From the NCBI GenBank assembly GCA_964491375.1, contig CAZBGL010000068.1, forward strand, positions 4,282-68,281: DNA of 64,000 nucleotides, in the 5' to 3' direction. This document shows, one piece after another, positions 46,395 to 54,903 of the stretch; within the stretch, counting starts at the first letter, position 1; every line of letters starts with the position of its first letter. The DNA is from an uncultured Thermodesulfobacteriota bacterium. GTDB lineage: Bacteria > Desulfobacterota > Deferrisomatia > Deferrisomatales > Deferrisomataceae. The position numbers were made by a program, and so were the translations under genes. The notes under the pieces are model-generated. The model did no database searches. It saw nothing but the letters and a program-made list of their open reading frames with translations, and was not told the origin of the DNA.

Positions 46395-47513
46395 CTACGC
46401 GCTGATCAGCCGTTCCAGGGGCGTCCATTCCAGCCCGAACGCCTCGGCCACGGGTCGGCAGGTGACGTGGCCGTCCCACGTGTTCACGCCCCGGGCCAGG
46501 GAAGGATCGGCCCGGAGGGCGTCTTCGAGGTTGCTGGAGGCGAGCTTCCGGCAGTAGGGAAGCGTGACGTTGGTCAGGGCGTAGGTGCTGGTCATGGGCA
46601 CGGAGCCGGGGATGTTGGGCACGCAGTAGTGGATCACCCCCTCCTCGACGTACACCGGATCGGAGTGGGAGGTGGGCCGGCTGGTCTCACTGATCCCGCC
46701 CTGGTCGATGGCCACGTCCACGAACACGCTCCCGGGCTTCATGCCCCGCAGGATCTCCCGGTCGATGAGCCGGGGCGCCCGGGCCCCGGGGATCAGGACC
46801 GCGCCCACCAGCATGTCGCAACCGGAGGCCGCCTCCCGGATGTTCCTCCGGTTGGACATGAGGGTGACCACCTTTCCGTCGAACACGTCGTCGATGTAGG
46901 AGAGGCGGGCGTGGTTGATGTCGATGATCACCACCTCTGCGCCCAGCCCGTAGGCCACCTTGGCCGCGTTGATGCCCACCGCCCCGCCGCCGATGATCAC
47001 GATCCGGCCGTGCTTGGTCCCCGGCACCCCGCCGAGCAGGATCCCCATGCCGCCCTTTTCCCGCTGCAGGAACGCGGCGCCGAGCTGAACCGCCATCTTG
47101 CCGGCCACCTGGCTCATGGGGGCGAGCAGCGGAAGGCTCCCGTCGGGAAGCTGGATCGTCTCGTAGGCGACCGCGCGGATGTGCCGTTCCAGGAGCACGC
47201 GGCCCAGTTCGGGCAACGGGGCCAGGTGGAGGAACGCGAACAGGATCTGCCCCTCCCGGAGGAGGGGGTACTCGGACGGCAGGGGCTCCTTCACCTTCAT
47301 CACCAGGTCGGCCTCCCCCCAGACCTGTTCGGCCGAGGAGGCGATGCGGGCGCCGGCCGAGCGGAAGTCCTCGTCGGAGATCCCGCTGCCCAGTCCCGCG
47401 CCGGTCTCGACGAGCACGGTGTGGCCGTCCCGGACCAGTTCCTCCACACCCGACGGCACGATCCCCACCCGGTACTCGTTGTCCTTTCGCTCCTTGGGCA
47501 CCCCGATGACCAT
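46395..47513 (-). CDS. ald: Alanine dehydrogenase
   Basis: 372 aa. MVIGVPKERKDNEYRVGIVP, Rossmann motif IIGGGAVGINAA and PNIPG. Confidence 0.93.
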   Translation of the reverse strand: MVIGVPKERKDNEYRVGIVPSGVEELVRDGHTVLVETGAGLGSGISDEDFRSAGARIASSAEQVWGEADLVMKVKEPLPSEYPLLREGQILFAFLHLAPLPELGRVLLERHIRAVAYETIQLPDGSLPLLAPMSQVAGKMAVQLGAAFLQREKGGMGILLGGVPGTKHGRIVIIGGGAVGINAAKVAYGLGAEVVIIDINHARLSYIDDVFDGKVVTLMSNRRNIREAASGCDMLVGAVLIPGARAPRLIDREILRGMKPGSVFVDVAIDQGGISETSRPTSHSDPVYVEEGVIHYCVPNIPGSVPMTSTYALTNVTLPYCRKLASSNLEDALRADPSLARGVNTWDGHVTCRPVAEAFGLEWTPLERLISA

Positions 47514-47569
47514 GGCCTCCTCCTGCCGCAGGGTTTCGTGTGACGAAACTATAGCAGCGGGAGGAGGCC
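47514..47569 (-). promoter_or_regulatory. SD-sequestering hairpin immediately 5' of the ald start codon
   Basis: 13-bp pairing between 47514-47526 (contains the ald SD GGAGGAGG on the mRNA strand) and 47557-47569 (CCUCCUCC). The inner hairpin is a perfect 6-bp GTTTCG/CGAAAC stem (47533-47549). Confidence 0.5.
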
Positions 47570-47597
47570 GGGATCCAGTCGACCGAGGAACGGGGGC

Positions 47598-47936
47598 TCA
47601 CAGCGCGCCCTCTCCCCGTTCGCCCGTGCGGATGCGGAGCGCATCCGTCACGGGGGACACAAAGATCTTGCCGTCCCCCACCCTGCGGCTGCGGGCGGCC
47701 CCTGCGATGGCACCGACCACCTCCGGGGCCTGCGCCCCGTCCACGACGACCTCCACCTTCACCTTCGGCACGAAGTCCACGGTGTATTCGGCCCCGCGGA
47801 ACCGTTCGGCGCGGCCCCTCTGCCGTCCGAACCCCCGCACCTCGCTCACCGTGATCCCCCGGATCCCGAGGGCATGGAGGGCCTCTTTGACCGCGTCGAG
47901 CCGGAACGGTTGGAGGATCGCTTCGATCTTCACCAT
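47598..47936 (-). CDS. glnB: Nitrogen regulatory protein P-II
   Basis: ATG 47936 (MVKIEAILQPFRLDAVKEAL). T-loop GRQRGRAERFRGAEY and C-terminal GDGKIFV. 112 aa. The track ORF adds 10 unlikely N-terminal residues. Confidence 0.93.
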   Translation of the reverse strand: MVKIEAILQPFRLDAVKEALHALGIRGITVSEVRGFGRQRGRAERFRGAEYTVDFVPKVKVEVVVDGAQAPEVVGAIAGAARSRRVGDGKIFVSPVTDALRIRTGERGEGAL

Positions 47937-48007
47937 GGCATCGCCTCCTTTCGGACCGAAGTCCACGGATGCACGGGGATGTCGCCGCCGGTCTTCGGGA
48001 GCCGGGA

Positions 48008-48025
48008 TTCACGATGCGTGCCCAA
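48008..48025 (-). promoter_or_regulatory. Sigma54-like -24/-12 element upstream of glnB
   Basis: The minus strand reads TTGGGCAC-GCATC-GTGAA, 72 nt upstream of the glnB ATG. GGCAC and the spacing fit TGGCAC-N5-TTGC. The -12 dinucleotide is GA, not GC. Confidence 0.35.
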
Positions 48026-48220
48026 CCACGCCCCTCGCTCCCTCCGCGCACGAAACCGCAGGGTATTGTCCGGAAGCCGGCGATACAAAAATGAATGTCC
48101 CGGAGCGAACAATACAATATTGTAATAACTATCTATTATTGCAACATTATTGTATCATCAGGGCCGGCCCCGGAAACGGCGCGAGAAAAATTTATTAGTA
48201 ATTTCAACATGTTGTATCCA

Positions 48221-48237
48221 TGGGCACGGGGTTTGAA
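48221..48237 (+). promoter_or_regulatory. Sigma54-like -24/-12 element upstream of amtB
   Basis: TGGGCAC-GGGGT-TTGAA, 60 nt upstream of the amtB ATG. It shows the same deviation (GA at -12) as the glnB-side copy. Confidence 0.4.
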
Positions 48238-48296
48238 AGAGGGTGCGTCGTCGCCGGAGGGCCGTGACGCACTTCACCGCACCGGAGGAGGCTGTG

Positions 48297-49694
48297 ATGA
48301 GGATGAAAGGGAGCAAAATTCGGAGTGTCGCCTGGACGATGGCACTCGCACTGGCCACGGCGGTTCCGGCCTGGGCCGGGGACGGCCCGGTCACCGCGGA
48401 GACCGTCCAGACCCACCTGAACTACGTCTGGACGCTCGTTGCCGCGTTCCTCGTCTTCTTCATGCAGGCCGGTTTCGCCATGGTGGAGGCCGGGTTCACG
48501 CGCGCAAAGAACGCGTGCAACATCCTCATGAAGAACCTGATGGACTTCGGCATGGGAGCCCTCGCCTTTTTCTTCGTGGGGTTCGGGCTCATGTTCGGTG
48601 CATCCAACGGATGGATCGGCACCAGCGGGTTCATGCTGTCGGACTTCGCGCGGGACGCCGACCCGTGGGTGTATGCGTTCTTCATGTTCCAGGTGGTATT
48701 TGCGGCCACGGCCGCCACGATCGTATCCGGAGCGATCGCCGAGCGCACGCGGTTCAGCGCGTACCTGGTGTTCAGCGCGCTGATGACGGCGGTGGTGTAC
48801 CCCGTGTTTGGAAGCTGGGCCTGGGGCGGCCTGTATCGCGGCGGGGGGTGGCTCGAGCGGCTGGGGTTCATCGACTTTGCCGGGTCCACCGTGGTGCACT
48901 CGATCGGGGGGTGGGCGGCCCTGGCCGGTGCCATCGTGGTGGGACCCCGGATCGGGAAGTACCGGAACGGAAAACCGCAGGCCCTGCCCGGCCATTCCAT
49001 TCCCCTGGCCGCCTTGGGCGTGTTCATCCTGTTTTTCGGGTGGTTCGGGTTCAACCCGGGAAGCACGACCACCGGCGACCCGTCCATCGCGCTCATCGCG
49101 GTGACCACGGCCCTTGCCGCAGCCGCCGGAACGGTCTCCACGCTGTACTACACGTGGATGCGCTTCGGAAAACCGGACGTGGGCATGACATTGAACGGGT
49201 GTCTCGCGGGCCTTGTGGCGATTACGGCGCCGTGCGCCAATGTGAGCCCCCTTTCCGCCGTGGTGATCGGGGTGATCGCCGGGGTCCTGGTTACCGAGTC
49301 AGTGGTTTTCTTCGACCGGATCGGGATCGACGATCCCGTGGGGGCGGTCTCGGTGCACGGCGTGTGCGGTGCCTGGGGGACCTTGGCGGCCGCGCTGTTC
49401 AACGCCGAGGGGTTCAGCCTCGGGCAGCTGGGAATCCAGGCCCTGGGCGTCGGCGTGGCGTTCGTGTGGGGATTCGGGTCGAGTTTCGTGTTGTGGAGCG
49501 TTCTGAAGGCCGTGATGGGCGTGCGCCTGTGCCCGGAAGAGGAGCTCACGGGTTGCGACTTCAGCGAGCATGGGCTTTCGGCCTACCCCGAGTTCCTGTT
49601 TCCCGAGATCCTGACCACGGGGTCCGGGGACGGCCAGGAATCGGAACGCCTATCCCCTGCCCCGACCAGGAAGGTCGCCAGGAATCCGGCGTGA
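48297..49694 (+). CDS. amtB: Ammonium transporter (Amt family)
   Basis: ATG 48297 follows GGAGGAGG. Signal peptide. Motifs AGFAMVEAGF, DFAGSTVVHSIGGW and VHGVCGAWGTL. About 50 aa of C-terminal cytoplasmic extension. Confidence 0.92.
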   Translation: MRMKGSKIRSVAWTMALALATAVPAWAGDGPVTAETVQTHLNYVWTLVAAFLVFFMQAGFAMVEAGFTRAKNACNILMKNLMDFGMGALAFFFVGFGLMFGASNGWIGTSGFMLSDFARDADPWVYAFFMFQVVFAATAATIVSGAIAERTRFSAYLVFSALMTAVVYPVFGSWAWGGLYRGGGWLERLGFIDFAGSTVVHSIGGWAALAGAIVVGPRIGKYRNGKPQALPGHSIPLAALGVFILFFGWFGFNPGSTTTGDPSIALIAVTTALAAAAGTVSTLYYTWMRFGKPDVGMTLNGCLAGLVAITAPCANVSPLSAVVIGVIAGVLVTESVVFFDRIGIDDPVGAVSVHGVCGAWGTLAAALFNAEGFSLGQLGIQALGVGVAFVWGFGSSFVLWSVLKAVMGVRLCPEEELTGCDFSEHGLSAYPEFLFPEILTTGSGDGQESERLSPAPTRKVARNPA

Positions 49695-49737
49695 ATAGAA
49701 GGGGCACGGGCGCGTCCCCGGCACGGGCATCCGACGG

Positions 49738-49758
49738 GGACACGTCTCGTGTCCTTTT
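49738..49758 (+). terminator. Intrinsic terminator of amtB
   Basis: GGACACG-TCT-CGTGTCC followed by TTTT, 44 nt after the amtB stop. Confidence 0.65.
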
Positions 49759-49995
49759 GAGGGTCCTCTTTGCTGAACGGGGCGTTCCCCGCGGGATCGC
49801 GGTGTCCTACACGATCACCTACACGGTCCCTTGTGGTAAGACCGGGTGAACGGGGCTCCGAAAGGGACTTGGACCCTGGGAGCAGTTTCCAAAGAATTTT
49901 AGAAGGCGTGCGCCTTCCGGGCGTTTTCCCGTATTTCGACCCCAAAGGAGCACCCGGCCGGTCCCCCCCAGGGAGCGACTTGCGGAGGGCACAAC

Positions 49996-50763
49996 ATGGC
50001 CTGGGTCTACGCGCTGCAGCACATCGGGTGCGAGCCGCCCGGGAGAATTCAGGACGCCTTGGACGCCCACGGGATCGGGGTTCGCGCGATCCGCGCGTTT
50101 GCCGGGGATCCCGTTCCCCGGCAGATGGGAGAGGCCCTCGGGCTCGTGGTGATGGGGGGGCCAATGGGGGTCTACGACCGGGAGGCCTTTCCGTTCCTGG
50201 GGGACGAACTGCGCCTCATCGAGAGCGCGCTGAAGAACGATCGGCCCGTGCTGGGAATTTGCCTGGGGAGCCAGCTCCTGGCCACGGTGTTGGGAGGACG
50301 GGTCCGGCGCGGGGAGCAGAAGGAGATCGGGTGGTACGCGGTCCGGCTCACGGGCGCGGCCCGAACCGATCCCCTGCTGGGTTCGGCTCCGGGAGCGTTT
50401 GTGGCGCTCCATTGGCACGGGGACGTGTTCGAGCTCCCTCCGGGGGCCGACCGGCTCGCGTTTTCCGCCGTGACCGAAAACCAGGCGTTCCGGTACGGCG
50501 GGAACGCCTACGGGTTCCTGTTCCACATGGAGGTCACCGCGGCCGTTGTGCGGGAATGGGTAAAGGAATTCGCTGGAGACCTCCGAGAGGCCGGGCTCGA
50601 CGCCCGGGAGATCCTGGCCGGGGCCTCGCTCCACCTGGCGAACCTCCACCGGGTGGGTGATGCGGTCTTCGGGGCATGGGCCCGGCTGGTCCGCAGAGTG
50701 GGGGGAGGCGCGGACGAAGGAAACGATGGCTCCCCGCGCGGGCCCGAAAAGGGCTTCCCGTAA
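49996..50763 (+). CDS. Class I glutamine amidotransferase-like protein
   Basis: 255 aa. Nucleophile elbow VLGICLGSQLL and a His/Glu region (HWHGD, FHME). GuaA-N/GATase1 fold. Confidence 0.8.
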   Translation: MAWVYALQHIGCEPPGRIQDALDAHGIGVRAIRAFAGDPVPRQMGEALGLVVMGGPMGVYDREAFPFLGDELRLIESALKNDRPVLGICLGSQLLATVLGGRVRRGEQKEIGWYAVRLTGAARTDPLLGSAPGAFVALHWHGDVFELPPGADRLAFSAVTENQAFRYGGNAYGFLFHMEVTAAVVREWVKEFAGDLREAGLDAREILAGASLHLANLHRVGDAVFGAWARLVRRVGGGADEGNDGSPRGPEKGFP

Positions 50764-50912
50764 CTTCCCCCTTCCGATAGCCCCCTCCCACCGGGGAGGG
50801 GGCCACGCTCCTGTTTGAGAAGGGGGCCGGGAGGTGCCCAGCCCCTTGCCGAGGGCATTGGAGGCAGCGTCGCACGTCTTGCAGGCAGGCCGCCGTGCGG
50901 CCGACGGAGCGG

Positions 50913-52328
50913 TCAGGAAGTCGACGCCGTCCGTTCCGAAAAGGGAACGTAGCGCTTGTTGAACTCCCCCACGTACAACGCCCGGGGCCGGAAGATCCGG
51001 TTGTTCTGGAGGTACTCGAGCACCCGGGCGGTCCACCCGGCCACGCGGCTCACCGCGAACAGCGGCGTGAACATCTCCGGGTCGATGCCCAGGCACCGGT
51101 AGACCAGCCCGGAGTAGAAGTCCACGTTGGGGAAGATCTTTTTCTCGCTTCCCAGCCGGCCCACCACCTCGCGCTCGATCTCCCGCGCCACCCGGTACAG
51201 GGGTTCGAGATCCGGTTTCTCCCGGATCAGCCGCTGGGCCAAGGGACCCAGCACGCGCGCGCGGGGATCGTACGCCTTGTACACGCGGTGGCCGAATCCC
51301 ATGATCCGTTCCTTGGCGGCGAGCTTGCGCTCCACCCAGACCTTCACGTCGCCCTCCCGGGCGGCCTCCTCCAGCATGTAGATCACTTGCTCGTTGGCTC
51401 CGCCGTGAAGGGGGCCCTGGAGCGCCGCGATCCCCGACCCCACGGCGAAATAGATGTCCGCAAGGGTGGAGGCCACCACGAGGGTGGCGAACGTGCTCGC
51501 GTTCATGCCGTGGTCGGCGTGGAGGATCAGGGCCACGTCCATCACGCGCTCCTCCAGGGGGGAAGGGCGCCGCCCGGTCATCATGTAGAGCAGGTTGGCC
51601 GCGTGGCTGAGCTCCGGGTCGGGCTCCACCGGCATGTGGCCCTGGTGGACCCGGGCGATGGCCGCGGCGATCGTGGCCACGCCCGAGATGAGATGATAGG
51701 CGGCCTGGAGCCCGGCCGCATCGTCCAGTTGGCGGCTCATCCTCAGGCGTTTCATCCGGCTGTGGCGCTTGAACTCGTAGATGGCGTGGGCCTCGCCCCT
51801 GGGCACGGTCTCCATGGGGATGGAATCCTCGTCCGAGCCGATGATGTCCGCCCGCACCGGGTGGCGTTCCTTGAGGTCCAGGTACGTGAACTCCTGCCGC
51901 ATGAGGTTCACGCCCAGGCGCAGGGCGGCCATGGCGTTCATCTCCTCGATGGGGAAGCCCATGAGCAGCCGGAGCGTCTTGTTCACGTACCGGTACTCCG
52001 AGAGTTTCCGGCGGAACGCCTCGAACTCCTCGGGCGAGGGAAGCTTGCCGTGGAGCAGGAGGTAGCACACCTCCTCGTACGAAGAATGGGCGGCCAGCTC
52101 GAAGATGTCGTACCCCCGGTAGATGAGCCAGCCCTTGGACCCGTTGACGTAGCCCACCTTGCTCTCGCAGGCGATGGCTCCCTCGAGTCCCGGCCCGACG
52201 GTGCACTGGATCGGCCACCGCACCCGCCGGGTCAGCTCGGGTTCGGGCTCTGCACTGGTCTCTTGGCGGGCCCGCTCGGCCGCCCGAAGGATCAGTTCCG
52301 TGATGTCGCGCGTCGCTTCTCGGCTCAT
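50913..52328 (-). CDS. gltA: Citrate synthase (with internal insertion and N-terminal extension)
   Basis: ATG 52328 lies 7 nt after GGAGG. Motifs GLEGAIACES, HADHGMNASTF, GPLHGGANE, MGFGHRVYKAYDPRA and PNVDFYSG. An extra segment of about 45-50 aa (DLKERHPVRADIIGSDEDSIPMETVPRGEAHAIYEFKRHSRMKRLRMSRQ) is present. Confidence 0.9.
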   Translation of the reverse strand: MSREATRDITELILRAAERARQETSAEPEPELTRRVRWPIQCTVGPGLEGAIACESKVGYVNGSKGWLIYRGYDIFELAAHSSYEEVCYLLLHGKLPSPEEFEAFRRKLSEYRYVNKTLRLLMGFPIEEMNAMAALRLGVNLMRQEFTYLDLKERHPVRADIIGSDEDSIPMETVPRGEAHAIYEFKRHSRMKRLRMSRQLDDAAGLQAAYHLISGVATIAAAIARVHQGHMPVEPDPELSHAANLLYMMTGRRPSPLEERVMDVALILHADHGMNASTFATLVVASTLADIYFAVGSGIAALQGPLHGGANEQVIYMLEEAAREGDVKVWVERKLAAKERIMGFGHRVYKAYDPRARVLGPLAQRLIREKPDLEPLYRVAREIEREVVGRLGSEKKIFPNVDFYSGLVYRCLGIDPEMFTPLFAVSRVAGWTARVLEYLQNNRIFRPRALYVGEFNKRYVPFSERTASTS

Positions 52329-52779
52329 GGACGGTCCTCCTCGTTCTCGTGGCGAACGGCAACCCCCTGGCCCGGGCCGCCCGGCTCGGGCGTGCACAAG
52401 GGCCCCGGCCCGTGCCGGGCCCGCGAGACCTGCAAGGTGGCTCCCTGAAGCCGGCCGGGGGGCCGAACCGGCGTGAGACGTCCTGTGGTATGAGGAAATC
52501 TGGGATGGCAGCAGGGGGCCGGGGCGCCGCCCGGCCCGGACAAGATTGCCGCAATGTACCCCATGAGGGGCGAAAAAGGCAAGAAACCACGAGGGTTTGC
52601 TCTCGTCAAACCGGATCCCGGGCCCGGTTTGTGGTATGAACGTACGGGGGAGTTCGTCGGGGCCCCCTTTTCGGGTCTCGTAACGGGCCCGGCGACGTGG
52701 AGGGGTGACGTCACGTGCCGCGTGGAATCGGATGGGCGACGGCGCTCGTGGCCCGGGGCCCGCGGCGAGGGGAGATGAC

Positions 52780-53454
52780 ATGGAACGGGCCGTGATCTTC
52801 GACCTGGACGGGACGTTGGTGGACAGCCTGGGGGACATCGCCTCGGCCATGAACGAGGTGCTGGAACGCCACGGTTTTCCGTCCCACCCGCTTCCGGCGT
52901 ACCGGCGGTTCGTGGGCGACGGCATGGAGCGGTTGGTGCGGCGGGCCCTTCCCCCGGTGGACGAGGAGACCGTGGCCCGGGTGCTCGAGGACATGCGCGG
53001 CACCTACGCGCGGCACGCCCTCCGCACGACCCGGCCCTACCCGGGGGTGCCGGATCTGCTGGACCGGCTGGCGGCCCGGGGCGTTCCGTTTGCCGTGCTC
53101 ACCAACAAGCCCCATGATGCGGCCGTTGCCATGGTCCGGGCGCTTCTCGGCCGGTGGCGGTTCGCAGCGGTCCGAGGGGCGGTGCCCGGCCGGCCCCGGA
53201 AGCCCGACCCGGCCGGGGCGCTCGAGATCGCCCGCCGGCTCGGCGTGGCGCCGGAGGGGTGCCTGTTCGTGGGGGACACGCCCACGGACATGGCCACGGC
53301 GGGCGCGGCCGGGATGGTGCCCGTGGGGGTGCTCTGGGGGTTCCGCACCGAACCCGAGCTGCGGGGCGCAGGGGCCCGGTTCCTGCTCGAACAGCCCTTG
53401 GAGTTGCCGGGCCTCCTGGGGGATCGGCCCCGGCCCCCCCGCGCCGACGGGTGA
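52780..53454 (+). CDS. HAD-superfamily hydrolase (phosphoglycolate phosphatase-like)
   Basis: ATG 52780 (MERAVIFDLDGTLVDS). Motifs LTNKP and VGDTPTDMATAGAAGM. Confidence 0.85.
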   Translation: MERAVIFDLDGTLVDSLGDIASAMNEVLERHGFPSHPLPAYRRFVGDGMERLVRRALPPVDEETVARVLEDMRGTYARHALRTTRPYPGVPDLLDRLAARGVPFAVLTNKPHDAAVAMVRALLGRWRFAAVRGAVPGRPRKPDPAGALEIARRLGVAPEGCLFVGDTPTDMATAGAAGMVPVGVLWGFRTEPELRGAGARFLLEQPLELPGLLGDRPRPPRADG

Positions 53455-53559
53455 CGGGGCCTTCCCGGGCGGGCGGTTTCGTTTCGTGGTTGCAGCGGGC
53501 TGGGGCATGTGGTAGCAAGGGCCGTTTTTTCCGGAGCTCTGCCGAGGGAGGCGGTTGCC

Positions 53560-54903
53560 ATGGCTGACGTGTTGGGTTTCCGGGGAGTCCGCTACAACCC
53601 CGGGCACGTGGACGACTTCGACCTCGTCGTGTGCCCCCCCTACGACGTGCTCACGGACGAGTTCCAGGACGACCTGTACCGCCGGAGCCCGTACAACGTG
53701 GTGCGCCTGGAACTGGGGAAGACCTTCCCGGACGACGACGACCGGAACAACCGGTACACGCGGGCGGCCCGGACCCTGCGGGAGTGGCTGGAGCGGGGGA
53801 TCCTCATCCAGGACCGCGAGGAGTGCGTGTATTACACCGAGGAGGACTACCGGGGCGAGTTCGGCGAACCGCTCACCCGGCGCGGGTTCATCGCCCGGGT
53901 GCGGCTGGAGGATCCGGAGTCCGGGGTGTACTTTCCCCACGAGCGGACCCTGTCGGCGCCCAAGGAGGACCGCCTCCGCCTCATGGAAGCGGTGCGGGCC
54001 AACCTGAGCCCCATCTTCGGCCTGTACGACGACCCCCAGGTGGTGGTGCTCCGGGACCTGGAGGCCATGGCCCTGGGGCAGCCGCCCCTGATCACCGTGC
54101 GGGCCGACGACGGGGTGGTGACCCGCATGTGGAAGATCGCGGATCCCCGGCTGGTGGGGGAGGTGTCCCGGCGGATGGCCGACAAGGGTTTCGTGATCGC
54201 CGACGGCCACCACCGCTACGAGACGGCGCTGAAGTACCGCAATCTCATGCGCGAACGGAACCCGGACCACACGGGCCGGGAGCCGTGGAACTACGTGATG
54301 ATGTACCTGTCGAACCTGAGCGCGCCGGGACTCGCGGTGTTCCCGACCCACCGGGCCGTGTTCGGGCTGCAGGGGTTCTCGCCCCCGGAGTTCCTCCGCC
54401 GCGTGGAGCAGGACTTCGCGGTCGAGACGTTCTCATGCGAGGAGGGCCTCCTGGAACGGATGAAGGCGTACCGGCGGGAAGGGCACGCCTTCGGGCTGGT
54501 GATCAAGGGGGACCCCGTGTTGCGGCTCCTGGTGCTGCGGGACGAGGCCCGGGTCCGGCGGGCCCTGAAGGGCAGGGCGCCCACGGTGGTCCAGACGCTG
54601 GACGTCACCATCCTGCACGCCCTGGTGCTCGAGGGGCTCCTCGGCATCGACCGGAAGGCCCAGGAGGAGCAGAGGAACCTCCGGTACGTGAAGGGGAGCC
54701 GCGAGCTCATCCGCGTGGTGCGGGAGGACCCCGAGGTCCAGTTGGGGTTCCTGATGAACCCCACGCGGCTCCAGGAGGTCCGGGACGTCGCCATGGCGGG
54801 CGAACGCATGCCCCAGAAGAGCACGTTCTTCTACCCCAAGCTCCTCACGGGACTCGTGATGCACCTGTTGTTCGATCCCGCCCGGGAGGGCCTGCCGGGG
54901 TGA
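53560..54903 (+). CDS. DUF1015-family protein
   Basis: ATG 53560 (MADVLGFRGVRYNP). Motifs CPPYDVL, FPHERT and ADGHHRYETA fit my recollection of DUF1015. Confidence 0.75.
   Translation: MADVLGFRGVRYNPGHVDDFDLVVCPPYDVLTDEFQDDLYRRSPYNVVRLELGKTFPDDDDRNNRYTRAARTLREWLERGILIQDREECVYYTEEDYRGEFGEPLTRRGFIARVRLEDPESGVYFPHERTLSAPKEDRLRLMEAVRANLSPIFGLYDDPQVVVLRDLEAMALGQPPLITVRADDGVVTRMWKIADPRLVGEVSRRMADKGFVIADGHHRYETALKYRNLMRERNPDHTGREPWNYVMMYLSNLSAPGLAVFPTHRAVFGLQGFSPPEFLRRVEQDFAVETFSCEEGLLERMKAYRREGHAFGLVIKGDPVLRLLVLRDEARVRRALKGRAPTVVQTLDVTILHALVLEGLLGIDRKAQEEQRNLRYVKGSRELIRVVREDPEVQLGFLMNPTRLQEVRDVAMAGERMPQKSTFFYPKLLTGLVMHLLFDPAREGLPG

Noticed and set aside
48008-48237. Calling the two TGGGCAC-N5-xTGAA elements canonical sigma54 promoters.
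   Set aside because: Both have GA instead of the highly conserved GC at -12 and G instead of T before GG. They are kept as low-confidence sigma54-like elements rather than firm promoter calls.
49759-49995. Glutamine (glnA-type) riboswitch upstream of the glutamine amidotransferase-like gene.
   Set aside because: The CGUUCAC...GGAAGUAGG...AAGGAACG core is not present. Only a loose GAACGGGGC repeat was seen.
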